Made by a program: the position numbers and the translations under genes. Of a DNA stretch of 54,211 nt, positions 25,026 through 33,979 are shown one piece after another (position 1 is the first letter of the stretch; every line of letters starts with the position of its first letter). Source of the stretch: an uncultured Methanosarcinales archaeon (GTDB lineage: Archaea > Nanobdellota > Nanobdellia > Woesearchaeales > UBA9642); the NCBI GenBank assembly GCA_964605945.1, contig CAZSEK010000001.1, positions 1 through 54,211 of the forward strand. Reading direction: 5' to 3'. The notes below the pieces were generated by a model. That model was not told the DNA's origin and made no database searches. It worked only from the letters and a program-made list of their open reading frames with translations.

Positions 25026-26828
25026 ATGGAGCGAATATTGATTATTGATTTTGGGGGGCAATATGCACATCTTATTGCAAACAGACTTAGAAGATTGAAT
25101 GTTCTGGCAGACATAATTTACAATGAAGATTTAATTAAAGAAATAAAATCATCAAATAATATCAAAGGAATAATATTTTCAGGAGGCCCGTCAAGTGTTT
25201 ATGAAAAAGACTCTCCTAATATTTCTAGAAAAGTTTTTGATTTGAACATACCTATATTAGGAATATGTTATGGTCATCAATTAATAACTCATAAATTAAA
25301 AGGCACTGTAAAAAAAAGCAAAGTTAAGGAATATGGAGTAACAACAATTGATATAGAAAATAAAAAGAGCAAGTTGTTTAAAGGATTAAACAAGAAAGAA
25401 ACAGTTTGGATGAGCCATGGAGATTCTACCAATACTCTGCCTGAAGGTTTCAACATCATTGCAAAATCAAAAGACTGCCCAATAGCAGCGATGGAAAACA
25501 AGGAAAAACAAATCTATGGAATACAATTCCACCCCGAAGTAACCCACACAATTCATGGAATGAAAATTCTTGAAAATTTTGCAATCAATATATGTAAATG
25601 TAAAAAAGAATGGAATCCTAATAATTATTTTAATGAAATATCGAAAAAAATATCAAAACAAACAAAAAATAAGAAAGTCTTCCTTCTTGTAAGTGGAGGA
25701 GTTGATTCTATTGTTTTATTCACTTTATTAAATAAGATTTTAGGGAAAAAAAGAGTTTTTGGATTACATATTGATACAGGGTTTATGAGAAAAAACGAAA
25801 GTGCAGATATAATAAAAACTCTTTGCGACTTAAAATTAGACAACCTAAGTATTGTTGATGCATCAAAAGAATTTTTTAAGGCATTGGAAGGTGTTGTTGA
25901 ACCTGAAGAAAAAAGAAAAATCATAGGAAACCTCTTTCTGAATGTTGTGGATAACTATTCAAAGAAATTATTGTCGTCTAAAGAGTGGTTAGTTGCTCAA
26001 GGAACAATCTATCCTGACACTATAGAAAGTAAAGGAACAAAAAATGCAGATTTGATAAAAACACACCATAATAGAGTCCCTATAATGCAAGAATTAATAA
26101 AAAAAGGAAAAGTAATAGAGCCTTTGGCACATCTCTACAAAGACGAAGTTAGGGTGTTGGGTAAAAATTTAGGTTTACCTAACTCAATAATTCAAAGACA
26201 TCCTTTTCCAGGTCCAGGACTTGCAGTCAGAATTTTATGCAACGATAAAAAAACAGATGATGTTTCTAAATTGAATAAAAAAATAAAATTGTTTTTAAAA
26301 AACAAAAAATCAGGGGATATTTTTGCTCTTCCTATAAAAAGTGTCGGTGTCCAAGGAGACAGCAGAACATACAAACATCCCGCTGTCGTTGTTGAATGGT
26401 CTGATTGGGATGCACTTGAAAACCTATCAACAAAATTAACAAATACAATTCCAGAAATAAACAGAGTTTTGCTTTTGATAAAAAGAAAAGGCAAGGAAGA
26501 ACCTATTTTATTGAAAAAAACATTGACAAAAGAACGAGTAGAAATATTAAAAGATGCTGATTTTAAAGTGAATGAAATTATGAAACAAACAAACGTGTAT
26601 GATGAAGTCTGGCAAATGCCTATTGTCCTTATCCCAATATCATTTACAGGTGGGGAAAGTATTATTTTAAGGCCTGTTAACAGCCAAGAAGCAATGACTG
26701 CAAATTTCAGCAGACTTCCGAAACAAATAATAATAAAAGTAACCGATAAACTTTTGAAATCAAAAAACATAGATTCTGTTTTTTATGATATCACAAATAA
26801 ACCTCCTGCAACAATAGAGTGGGAGTAA
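25026..26828 (+). CDS. guaA: GMP synthase (glutamine-hydrolysing), fused GATase + ATP-PPase, long form
   Basis: GATase triad region GICYGHQL...QFHPEV. PP-loop LVSGGVDS. GVQGDSRTY. C-terminal KPPATIEWE. Confidence 0.9.
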   Translation: MERILIIDFGGQYAHLIANRLRRLNVLADIIYNEDLIKEIKSSNNIKGIIFSGGPSSVYEKDSPNISRKVFDLNIPILGICYGHQLITHKLKGTVKKSKVKEYGVTTIDIENKKSKLFKGLNKKETVWMSHGDSTNTLPEGFNIIAKSKDCPIAAMENKEKQIYGIQFHPEVTHTIHGMKILENFAINICKCKKEWNPNNYFNEISKKISKQTKNKKVFLLVSGGVDSIVLFTLLNKILGKKRVFGLHIDTGFMRKNESADIIKTLCDLKLDNLSIVDASKEFFKALEGVVEPEEKRKIIGNLFLNVVDNYSKKLLSSKEWLVAQGTIYPDTIESKGTKNADLIKTHHNRVPIMQELIKKGKVIEPLAHLYKDEVRVLGKNLGLPNSIIQRHPFPGPGLAVRILCNDKKTDDVSKLNKKIKLFLKNKKSGDIFALPIKSVGVQGDSRTYKHPAVVVEWSDWDALENLSTKLTNTIPEINRVLLLIKRKGKEEPILLKKTLTKERVEILKDADFKVNEIMKQTNVYDEVWQMPIVLIPISFTGGESIILRPVNSQEAMTANFSRLPKQIIIKVTDKLLKSKNIDSVFYDITNKPPATIEWE

Positions 26829-26989
26829 TTAAAATAAATTCTTTAAGAATTTTACAACATACGAATCTATTTTTAACTCTGCAGCCATAAATTGAATTAT
26901 CTAAGAAACGCAGATTATAAATTTTTTGGAATATCTACAAAAGACAAAACATTTTTAAATAGTTGATTAATTCAAATCATTGTATTAAT

Positions 26990-27174
26990 GGGTCGGTAGC
27001 TCAGCCTGGAAGGGAAATTCAACCTATGGATGAAAGTCCTTGGGTAAGAGAGCGCTACGCTGAAGTGTTTGTGAAGCAAACGTCAAGTAAGCTTCGCTTA
27101 CTGCGAACCGTAGATGTCATGGATTCAAAAGAGATTTTGAAATTTCAAATCTCCTGAAAGTTCCATCCGACCCA
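26990..27174 (+). tRNA. tRNA-Phe(GAA) apparently interrupted by three introns (D loop, anticodon loop, T loop)
   Basis: Acceptor GGGTCGG/CCGACCC plus A73. D stem GCTC(26999-27002)/GAGC(27050-27053). Anticodon stem CTACG/CGTAG with CU-GAA-G. T stem ATGGA/TCCAT. The three loops hold ~47, ~49 and 38 nt instead of 8-11, 7 and 7. TATA ~30 nt upstream, oligo-T downstream. Confidence 0.7.
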
Positions 27175-27236
27175 TTTTTATTTTTTCTAATGAAATTGTT
27201 ATTTTTTTAAATAATTTAGAAGTTTATTCTTATTTA

Positions 27237-29513
27237 TTATGCCGCAACACCTAATGTTCCCCCGCCTAAAATTACTCCTGCAATCATATTAAAGACAAGA
27301 GTTACAATCAATGCTATAATCACATAAAGAACAGTGCTTGCAATCAAATTATTTCCAAGCATATATCTTTCATTCATCGGATCTGAGCCATTCTGTATTC
27401 CGTTGACTAATATTGTAAGAATGAAAACAATTTGGACAACATATATTCCTACAATCAATTGAAAATAGAAACTCGGGATTCCTACTCCGAAAAAATCCGC
27501 TCCGAATCCTCCCATGCCTGATGCTCCTCCCAAGCTTCCCCCGCCTGCTGTTGCAGCATCCATATTTTTCATCTGGTCAGAAAGATTGCCCAATATTGTT
27601 GTAATCATAGATGTAATGCCCATGACAATTCCTGCAATTGCTGGTGTCAAGAAACTTATCTGGGATTTCATACTGCTTATTGTATCTGCCATAAGATCTT
27701 TCAATCTTTCGTCCACTCTATGAATTTGCTTGATGTATTCTGAAACATTAATTAATGCCTGTGATGCAACCAAAGGTCCTTTTTTACTTGACTCAATAAG
27801 AACTTTCATCGAACTTTCTATAAGGTTGCTTGGATAATATATTATTGCCCCCTGTTTTGAATCAAATATTGCCTCTTCGACATTCATACCTAATTTAGTT
27901 ATATTAATGCTGACTAATTCAAAAAATTTCCCTGATGTTGTTCCTTCCATTATCCCAGAAACTTTTGAAAATGCAATTTCTGCGGGAAGCCCGTCTCCTA
28001 ATCTATTTCCTAGCTGAAATAATGCAGATGCAAATTCCTGCTCTAATTTTTTTGACTGCGTCCTTATTTTCATGACATTTTTTGAACGTAATTTATAATA
28101 ACTTCCTATGCCAAGCCCAAAACTTAAAGGAATAAAAAGACTTAATATTGCCGCACCTAAACCAAACGGCCCCAGCGTATCACCTGTTTGGTCATTAACA
28201 TATCTGTATCCGATAAGGTAAAATTTTGCATCTTTGTCAATCATTGTATTAATTGCTTTTATCTCTCCCTGATTTGTAATAATAACATCGAATTTAGGTG
28301 CAACCATATGAAACAACAAAGGACTTATACCTATCATAAAAAGAATTATGAAAATAAAAAACGCAATTATTACGGGAGGAAATTTCAGTTCAAACTCACC
28401 TATTTTCAAAATAGTATTTTTGTGTTTTTTCATCTCAGGATTATTTTCAGATATGTCTGACTCTCCATATCCTGTCGGACGGCTGCTAAGTATTACTTTC
28501 CCAAGATAATATACACCTATAGGAAGGGCAACATTATATAATGAAAAAATGTGATACCATTTTACTTCACTCATAAAACTTACTACGAGAGGAAGGATTA
28601 CAAGACCCAATATAGGCAGAACAATACCAAGCATATTCAGCATAGTAAGCGGACTTTGCAGGTCATGCGCATAATGAAGCATTTTTTCATAAGTTTCATC
28701 AAGTATAACTTTCAATGATTTTTCAAGACTATCAAGTCTTCTTGATTCTGATCCTTCATATAATGATGATTCAATAAGATGAACACTCTCAATAAATTCC
28801 ATATTGTATTTTTTCCATCCTTCCAGATATGCATCTAATGATTCTTTCACAGAAGAATATTTTTCTGTCTCTACATTCCACATTATTTTCTTTAAATCCA
28901 ATGATAATGGTGGAGGAAGATGTTCTGCAGCAAAATCTATTGCATTTTCAAGGTTGCTTGTATGTCTCATATAGGTGACCATATAAAAAACACAAAGAAC
29001 CATCTGATTGCTTGCTTTCATACGCCAGTTATTTGCTATAAATTCTGGCAGTTTGCCTAAAGGAATAATAATTATTCCTCCCATCACTAAAGAAAATAAT
29101 ATAAAAAACATTTCTGCTCCTGTTTCTCCGTTTGGATCAAAAATAACAGGCAGGACAAAACTTAAGAAAGCAACAACTACAACTAATGTTAAAGGTGCAA
29201 GGAAAGAAAAGCTTTTAACTCCTGTCGGTGTTACATTTATGTGGCATGTCTCTATTGCTTCCTGTATTTTTTCTGCTTCTTTCTTGTCAGGAGCTATCTT
29301 AAATATTTTTTCAGAAAAATTGCACGCTTTTTCGTAGAAATTCAGCTGTTTGGGAATCCATTGCTTTCTGAATTCCTGATACTGCCTTGAATGTGTCTTA
29401 TCTGCATCTGTATTAGAATTCTTATAATTCTCGAATTCGGATTTTATCTTATCCTTGTATTTCTTCTCAAATTCTTCCAATTCCTTATTAGTTACTCCTT
29501 TTAACAATCTCAA
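27237..29513 (-). CDS. Polytopic membrane platform protein of a type IV pilus/archaellum-like system (FlaJ/TadC/PilC-like)
   Basis: 758 aa with many TM helices. Sits directly downstream of the FlaI-like ATPase. Has T2SSF-like soluble segments and a Gly-rich stretch AATAGGGSLGGASGMGGFGADFFG. Confidence 0.5.
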   Translation of the reverse strand: MRLLKGVTNKELEEFEKKYKDKIKSEFENYKNSNTDADKTHSRQYQEFRKQWIPKQLNFYEKACNFSEKIFKIAPDKKEAEKIQEAIETCHINVTPTGVKSFSFLAPLTLVVVVAFLSFVLPVIFDPNGETGAEMFFILFSLVMGGIIIIPLGKLPEFIANNWRMKASNQMVLCVFYMVTYMRHTSNLENAIDFAAEHLPPPLSLDLKKIMWNVETEKYSSVKESLDAYLEGWKKYNMEFIESVHLIESSLYEGSESRRLDSLEKSLKVILDETYEKMLHYAHDLQSPLTMLNMLGIVLPILGLVILPLVVSFMSEVKWYHIFSLYNVALPIGVYYLGKVILSSRPTGYGESDISENNPEMKKHKNTILKIGEFELKFPPVIIAFFIFIILFMIGISPLLFHMVAPKFDVIITNQGEIKAINTMIDKDAKFYLIGYRYVNDQTGDTLGPFGLGAAILSLFIPLSFGLGIGSYYKLRSKNVMKIRTQSKKLEQEFASALFQLGNRLGDGLPAEIAFSKVSGIMEGTTSGKFFELVSINITKLGMNVEEAIFDSKQGAIIYYPSNLIESSMKVLIESSKKGPLVASQALINVSEYIKQIHRVDERLKDLMADTISSMKSQISFLTPAIAGIVMGITSMITTILGNLSDQMKNMDAATAGGGSLGGASGMGGFGADFFGVGIPSFYFQLIVGIYVVQIVFILTILVNGIQNGSDPMNERYMLGNNLIASTVLYVIIALIVTLVFNMIAGVILGGGTLGVAA

Positions 29514-29583
29514 CCTCTTTAAATTTTTACAATTAAAATTTTACAATTGAATTTAAAAATAAATAATAAACCAACATTGTATT

Positions 29584-31899
29584 TTATTTCTCTTTTCTTG
29601 CCTTCATTTTCTTGTCGAAATTTCTCGCTGCTTTTTTCAGCCAGTCATTCCATTCAAAAAATATTCTTTTGCTGTCCATTACACCAACTTCTTGTTTGAC
29701 TTTATCAGATATTTTATGAAAATGATCGTTTGCTTCGACAACAAATCTTGCTTCAAGCAATTCATAATTATTCATCTGTTTTGCTAAATTTACTAATGTT
29801 TCATAATTTTTCGCTCTCAGCATTATATTATCCCAAACAGCATCCCAATTGCCTGACCATTCTTTTACATTTTCTGCAATTGCTTTTATTATATCTGAAT
29901 CCTGATTCATCAAATCTTCACTAAATTCGAGCGCATCTGTTTTTGAATTGTATTTCATCAAATCAACAAATCCTTTTTCTCTTAATGGGTCATCTTCCCA
30001 TTTTTTCCTGACTTCTGTTATTTGAGTAACTCGTCTCCATTTGTGCAGGCCGTCTGCAGATTTTATGGGATTTGCAACTATTATTATGTCGGTTGCCTTG
30101 AATGAAGTTTTAGGAACACCTAAATCATTTACAACTCTATCATAAACTCCATATGGACTGTCGCCGTGTATTGTCCCTGCAACAACATTAGCCAATGCCC
30201 CGACTCTCATTGCTTCATACAATGATTTTGCTTCAGTGCTTCTTACCTCTCCTACAAACAAAGATGAATCTCCTAATCTTAATGTTGTCCTTATTCCTTC
30301 TTCTGCAGAAACCTCGCTTGATGTTTTAGAAAGAGCTGAACTTACTTTCATCTGCTGGATATTATATCCTAATTTTCTCAATGATTCTGACGGCAGTTCT
30401 AAAGTGTCTTCTATTGTTATCATCCTGTATTTTCTCATAACTTCGACCATGATTGCACCAAGAAGAGAAGATTTACCTGCGCTTCTTGTACCTGCAACAA
30501 GCATTGTTCTCGAGCCGTCTATTAAAAAAGAAATCAATCCTGCAGCCTGAGCATTTATCATTCCTTGTTTCATAAATAATGCAAGTGTCCATGGCTTGTC
30601 TCTGTGTCTTCTGAATGCATATGCAATTCCAGTAGGATTTAATGGAGGAGAAATAACTCCCACTCTTGCATTTGCTGTTCCTGGAATTAAAATTTCAGTA
30701 TCTAATATTGGATTTGCTTCGTCAAGAGGTCTTCCTGACAACATTCTTAATTTTGACGCCCAGGATTCTGCATCCCTTATTGACGGGATGAGATTTGTCC
30801 TGCAATAATCATAATCCTGATGCACGAGGAAAATTGGAATCTGCCCCATTGGGCTGTTTATTGTTATATCCTGTATTTTTTCATCCTCTAAAAGAACTTC
30901 AATTATTCCAAAACCAACAGTATATCTTACAAGCATTTTAGCAAGCTGTTCTATTTCGTGATGTTTTAATTTTACATTTTTATACTCTGCAAGTTCTTCT
31001 ATTAAATCTCTTCCTACATTCATAAAAACTTCCCTCATTCTTGCAGGGTCGACAAATTCCTGTTTTTCAGGCTGATGTTCTGACATTATTTTTCTTGCCA
31101 TGTCAAGAATTTCATATTTTTCTTCAGAAAGCTTGAATTCAGGAGGAATTATATGATAAAGATTTTGAACATTATGCTGAAGCTTGAATATTGTAACATC
31201 AGAATCCTTTACAGAATAACTATCCATCTCTTCTCCGTTTCTAGGATATGTTGCCATTATTTTTGTAAACATGAAATCAGGCTTGATATTTGGCGTGAAA
31301 ATTCTCCTGTATATTGCCCTGTCCCCTAACTTTATTCCTGACAGATAAGTTTGCGCAATTTGAATTAATTTTGTCGAATCAAGAAGTTTTACAACATACA
31401 TTATTATCTGTATGTATCTGTCGTACATCAAAGAATAATCATCATCAACAGATTTGTCCAATTCTATTTTTTCTCGTCTTAAAATTCTTTTTAGCTCAAC
31501 ATACGCACCAATTGGATCTTTTTTCAAAGTATTAAAAAGTATTTGCTGTATCTCTGAATATTTTTTTGATGCTTCATTGATAAGCTGAGGATTTTGCTGA
31601 TTAACTGTTAAAGATGCGTAATTAAATACGTTTTTTTGCTTTATCAGATGAGAATAAACTTTTGCAACATCAACAAGAAGTCTTGTTTGATGATAATCAT
31701 ACTCATAATCTCGTTTTTGTATAAAAACAATCTTTGTTATATTTTTATTGGCCATTAATTTTTCAATAGTGTCGGCCATGCATGTTTCAGAATCTTCCAA
31801 AGAAGGAACTTCAAATGCTTTTTCATAGTCCACTCTAAGAATATTGTCCTCGCCTTCTCTTGTAATCTCATAAGAAGAGTTCTGATTATTAAAAAGCAT
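29584..31899 (-). CDS. Type II/IV secretion family ATPase (FlaI/PilB/VirB11-like) with a long N-terminal extension
   Basis: Walker A AGTRSAGKSSLL. Asp box/Walker B MITIEDTLEL. His box GTIHGDSPYGVYDRV. At 771 aa it is longer than my recollection of typical FlaI (~550 aa). Confidence 0.8.
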   Translation of the reverse strand: MLFNNQNSSYEITREGEDNILRVDYEKAFEVPSLEDSETCMADTIEKLMANKNITKIVFIQKRDYEYDYHQTRLLVDVAKVYSHLIKQKNVFNYASLTVNQQNPQLINEASKKYSEIQQILFNTLKKDPIGAYVELKRILRREKIELDKSVDDDYSLMYDRYIQIIMYVVKLLDSTKLIQIAQTYLSGIKLGDRAIYRRIFTPNIKPDFMFTKIMATYPRNGEEMDSYSVKDSDVTIFKLQHNVQNLYHIIPPEFKLSEEKYEILDMARKIMSEHQPEKQEFVDPARMREVFMNVGRDLIEELAEYKNVKLKHHEIEQLAKMLVRYTVGFGIIEVLLEDEKIQDITINSPMGQIPIFLVHQDYDYCRTNLIPSIRDAESWASKLRMLSGRPLDEANPILDTEILIPGTANARVGVISPPLNPTGIAYAFRRHRDKPWTLALFMKQGMINAQAAGLISFLIDGSRTMLVAGTRSAGKSSLLGAIMVEVMRKYRMITIEDTLELPSESLRKLGYNIQQMKVSSALSKTSSEVSAEEGIRTTLRLGDSSLFVGEVRSTEAKSLYEAMRVGALANVVAGTIHGDSPYGVYDRVVNDLGVPKTSFKATDIIIVANPIKSADGLHKWRRVTQITEVRKKWEDDPLREKGFVDLMKYNSKTDALEFSEDLMNQDSDIIKAIAENVKEWSGNWDAVWDNIMLRAKNYETLVNLAKQMNNYELLEARFVVEANDHFHKISDKVKQEVGVMDSKRIFFEWNDWLKKAARNFDKKMKARKEK

Positions 31900-32040
31900 T
31901 CATTACTCACCCTTTTGGTATCAATACCATTATTCTTATACATTATTTGAATTTTTATATATAAAGTTTACTACTTTCTATTCAGATAGTATGATTAAAT
32001 TAACACAAAACTTTATATATTTGTTAATAATAGGGCTAAT

Positions 32041-32529
32041 ATGCCTGAAACAAACCAAGAAAACATCGGGAATGCAGAGCAGAAAATATTCAATCCTTCT
32101 GTAAATCAGCCTGAAGAACAAAAAGATCCTTTTACTGTTCTTGCAAGCGCAATATCTGATCTTGACAGAAGATTAAGAATATTAGAAGAAAGGTACACTA
32201 ATTTAAGGCAAAAAATGCAGCTGACTGACCAAAACCTTCTTGAATCAGAAAGAAGTTTCATGAAAGAAGTCAGGACAGGCAATGAAGACATAGTTGGTCT
32301 TAAAAGAGATGTTAATGATTTTTCTGAAAAAATAGTTATGTTTGCAGATGAAATGGGCTCTACGGCAAAGAAAAAAGACTTGAAAATAATAGAAAAATAT
32401 TTTGAATTATGGACCCCGGGCAATTTTGTTACAAGAAACGAATTAAGAGAATTCTTAAAGCTAAAAAAGAAAGATATTGAATCAGAAAGCGAAGAAGATG
32501 AAGAAAGCTCATCTGATTCAGAAGAATAA
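32041..32529 (+). CDS. Hypothetical coiled-coil protein with an acidic Ser/Glu tail
   Basis: 162-aa ORF. TATA (CTTTATATAT) ~25 nt upstream. Ends ESEEDEESSSDSEE. Confidence 0.5.
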   Translation: MPETNQENIGNAEQKIFNPSVNQPEEQKDPFTVLASAISDLDRRLRILEERYTNLRQKMQLTDQNLLESERSFMKEVRTGNEDIVGLKRDVNDFSEKIVMFADEMGSTAKKKDLKIIEKYFELWTPGNFVTRNELREFLKLKKKDIESESEEDEESSSDSEE

Positions 32530-32606
32530 ATTTTGAAAATATTTCTGTTTTCTTCATTTAAAAATAGCACTAAATCTTTATAAAAGATGAAATATTTCTT
32601 AATAAT

Positions 32607-33668
32607 ATGTTAGAAACAATGCTTTGGGGGAATCCTATAAAAGAGTATCTTGTTGCATGTATAATTGTGGCTTTCTTTTTTGCAATAGGATATTTAATTT
32701 CCATGCTAGTTGTTAAAGGTTTAAAAAAAATCGCTTCAAAAACCAAAACCACACTAGATGATATTTTGATAAATTTATTTAAAAAACCCTTTGTTTTTAC
32801 AATGTTTATTTTTGGTTTTTATTTGGCTTCACTATATGTTGGCTTTGGAATGAGGGGAAAAGAAATTCTTTCAAATATTTTGGAAATAATGATTATTATA
32901 AATATAATCTGGATTGTAATCAAACTTATTGATGCAATAATCGACCACTATCTTATGCCTTATGCTGCAAAAACAGAAACAGATATTGATAATCAGCTTA
33001 TTCCATTTGTAAGAAATTTAGTTAAAATAATTATTATAATAATAGGAGCGATAGTTTTAATAAAACGTTTTGGTTATGATGTTACATCATTGGTTGCAGG
33101 TGTTGGTATAGGGGGTTTGGCTCTTGCGCTTGCAGCACAATCTATGTTAAGCAACTTCTTTGGTGGTGTTGCAATTTTAACAGACAAGCCTTTCAAAATC
33201 AACGACAGAATTAAAGTAGATGATAAATATGAAGGATTTGTAAGACAGATAGGAATGCGTTCCACATCAATAGAAACACTGAACAGCACAATTGTAACAA
33301 TTCCTAATTCTGTAATCGCATCAAGTTTTGTTGAAAACATAACGCAGGAAAAAGCAAGAAAAATTCTTGTTAATCTTGGCCTGACTTATGATACTCCAAC
33401 TAAAAAAATCGAAGAGGCAATAAAATTAGTAAAAGAAACATTAGACGAAAACAAATATGTTGTCCATGACAATAAAAACTGCCCTAAATTAGTCTCATTC
33501 ACAGAATTCAAGGATTTTTCACTAAATATTCTTGTAATTTATTTCATAAAAGATGTTGATAATTTATTGACTGCAAAAACAGAGATAAATCTTGCAATAA
33601 AACATAAATTCGAGAAAGCAGGAATAGAATTTGCATTCCCTACACAAACTGTTTATGTTAAGAAGTAA
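32607..33668 (+). CDS. mscS: Small-conductance mechanosensitive channel (MscS family)
   Basis: Four N-terminal TM helices, followed by LSNFFGGVAILTDKPFKINDRIKV (MscS pore-helix/beta-domain signature). Confidence 0.8.
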   Translation: MLETMLWGNPIKEYLVACIIVAFFFAIGYLISMLVVKGLKKIASKTKTTLDDILINLFKKPFVFTMFIFGFYLASLYVGFGMRGKEILSNILEIMIIINIIWIVIKLIDAIIDHYLMPYAAKTETDIDNQLIPFVRNLVKIIIIIIGAIVLIKRFGYDVTSLVAGVGIGGLALALAAQSMLSNFFGGVAILTDKPFKINDRIKVDDKYEGFVRQIGMRSTSIETLNSTIVTIPNSVIASSFVENITQEKARKILVNLGLTYDTPTKKIEEAIKLVKETLDENKYVVHDNKNCPKLVSFTEFKDFSLNILVIYFIKDVDNLLTAKTEINLAIKHKFEKAGIEFAFPTQTVYVKK

Positions 33669-33711
33669 TAATTATGTCTGCACTTTTTTCTCATCCACTT
33701 TAAAATAATAA

Positions 33712-33727
33712 CAAACCTTTATATATG
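33712..33727 (+). promoter_or_regulatory. BRE/TATA promoter (AACAAACCTTTATATA), ~250 nt upstream of ppsA
   Basis: Shares the ACCTTTATA core with the promoters at 1444 and 5782. Confidence 0.4.
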
Positions 33728-33788
33728 TTTATGCTTGAATCCTGTTAGTTGTTAGATTTTTTAGAGTATGTTAGAAATATCACGATAA

Positions 33789-33949
33789 AATCCTGGGGAA
33801 AAGAGGTGAGAAATTCTTTTTTCTAGGATTTATTTTAATAATTAAAAACAATTAAAAGTTCGGACCACTTTATGTGGTCCTTGAGTACTTTTTATTAAAT
33901 GTTTGAAATTCAAAGAATTTCAAATCCACGGAAAAATAAAGTTTTTCCT
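33789..33949 (+). promoter_or_regulatory. Four consecutive hairpins in the ppsA upstream region (structured leader or small RNA)
   Basis: AAATCCTGG/CTAGGATTT (33789-33832). GGACCAC-TTTAT-GTGGTCC (33863-33881). TTGAAATTC-AAA-GAATTTCAA (33904-33924). GGAAAAA-TAAAG-TTTTTCC (33931-33949). Confidence 0.4.
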
Positions 33950-33979
33950 ATGTTTTTGTAAAAATTTAGAGGTATTAAA

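Noticed and set aside
26192-26770. Long antisense ORFs opposite well-supported genes. Other examples are 842-1387, 3520-3843, 16002-16331, 23897-24298, 32106-32570, 34769-35355 and 38265-38648.
   Set aside because: Each is embedded in a longer ORF with clear family motifs on the other strand, and has a Phe/Ser/Leu/Ile-rich shadow composition. They are treated as non-coding.
26963-27157. 64-aa plus-strand ORF in the track (MINSNHCINGSVAQPGREIQPMDESPW...)
   Set aside because: It lies entirely over the intron-containing tRNA-Phe gene, whose acceptor, D, anticodon and T stems are all identifiable. There is no SD or promoter logic for a CDS.
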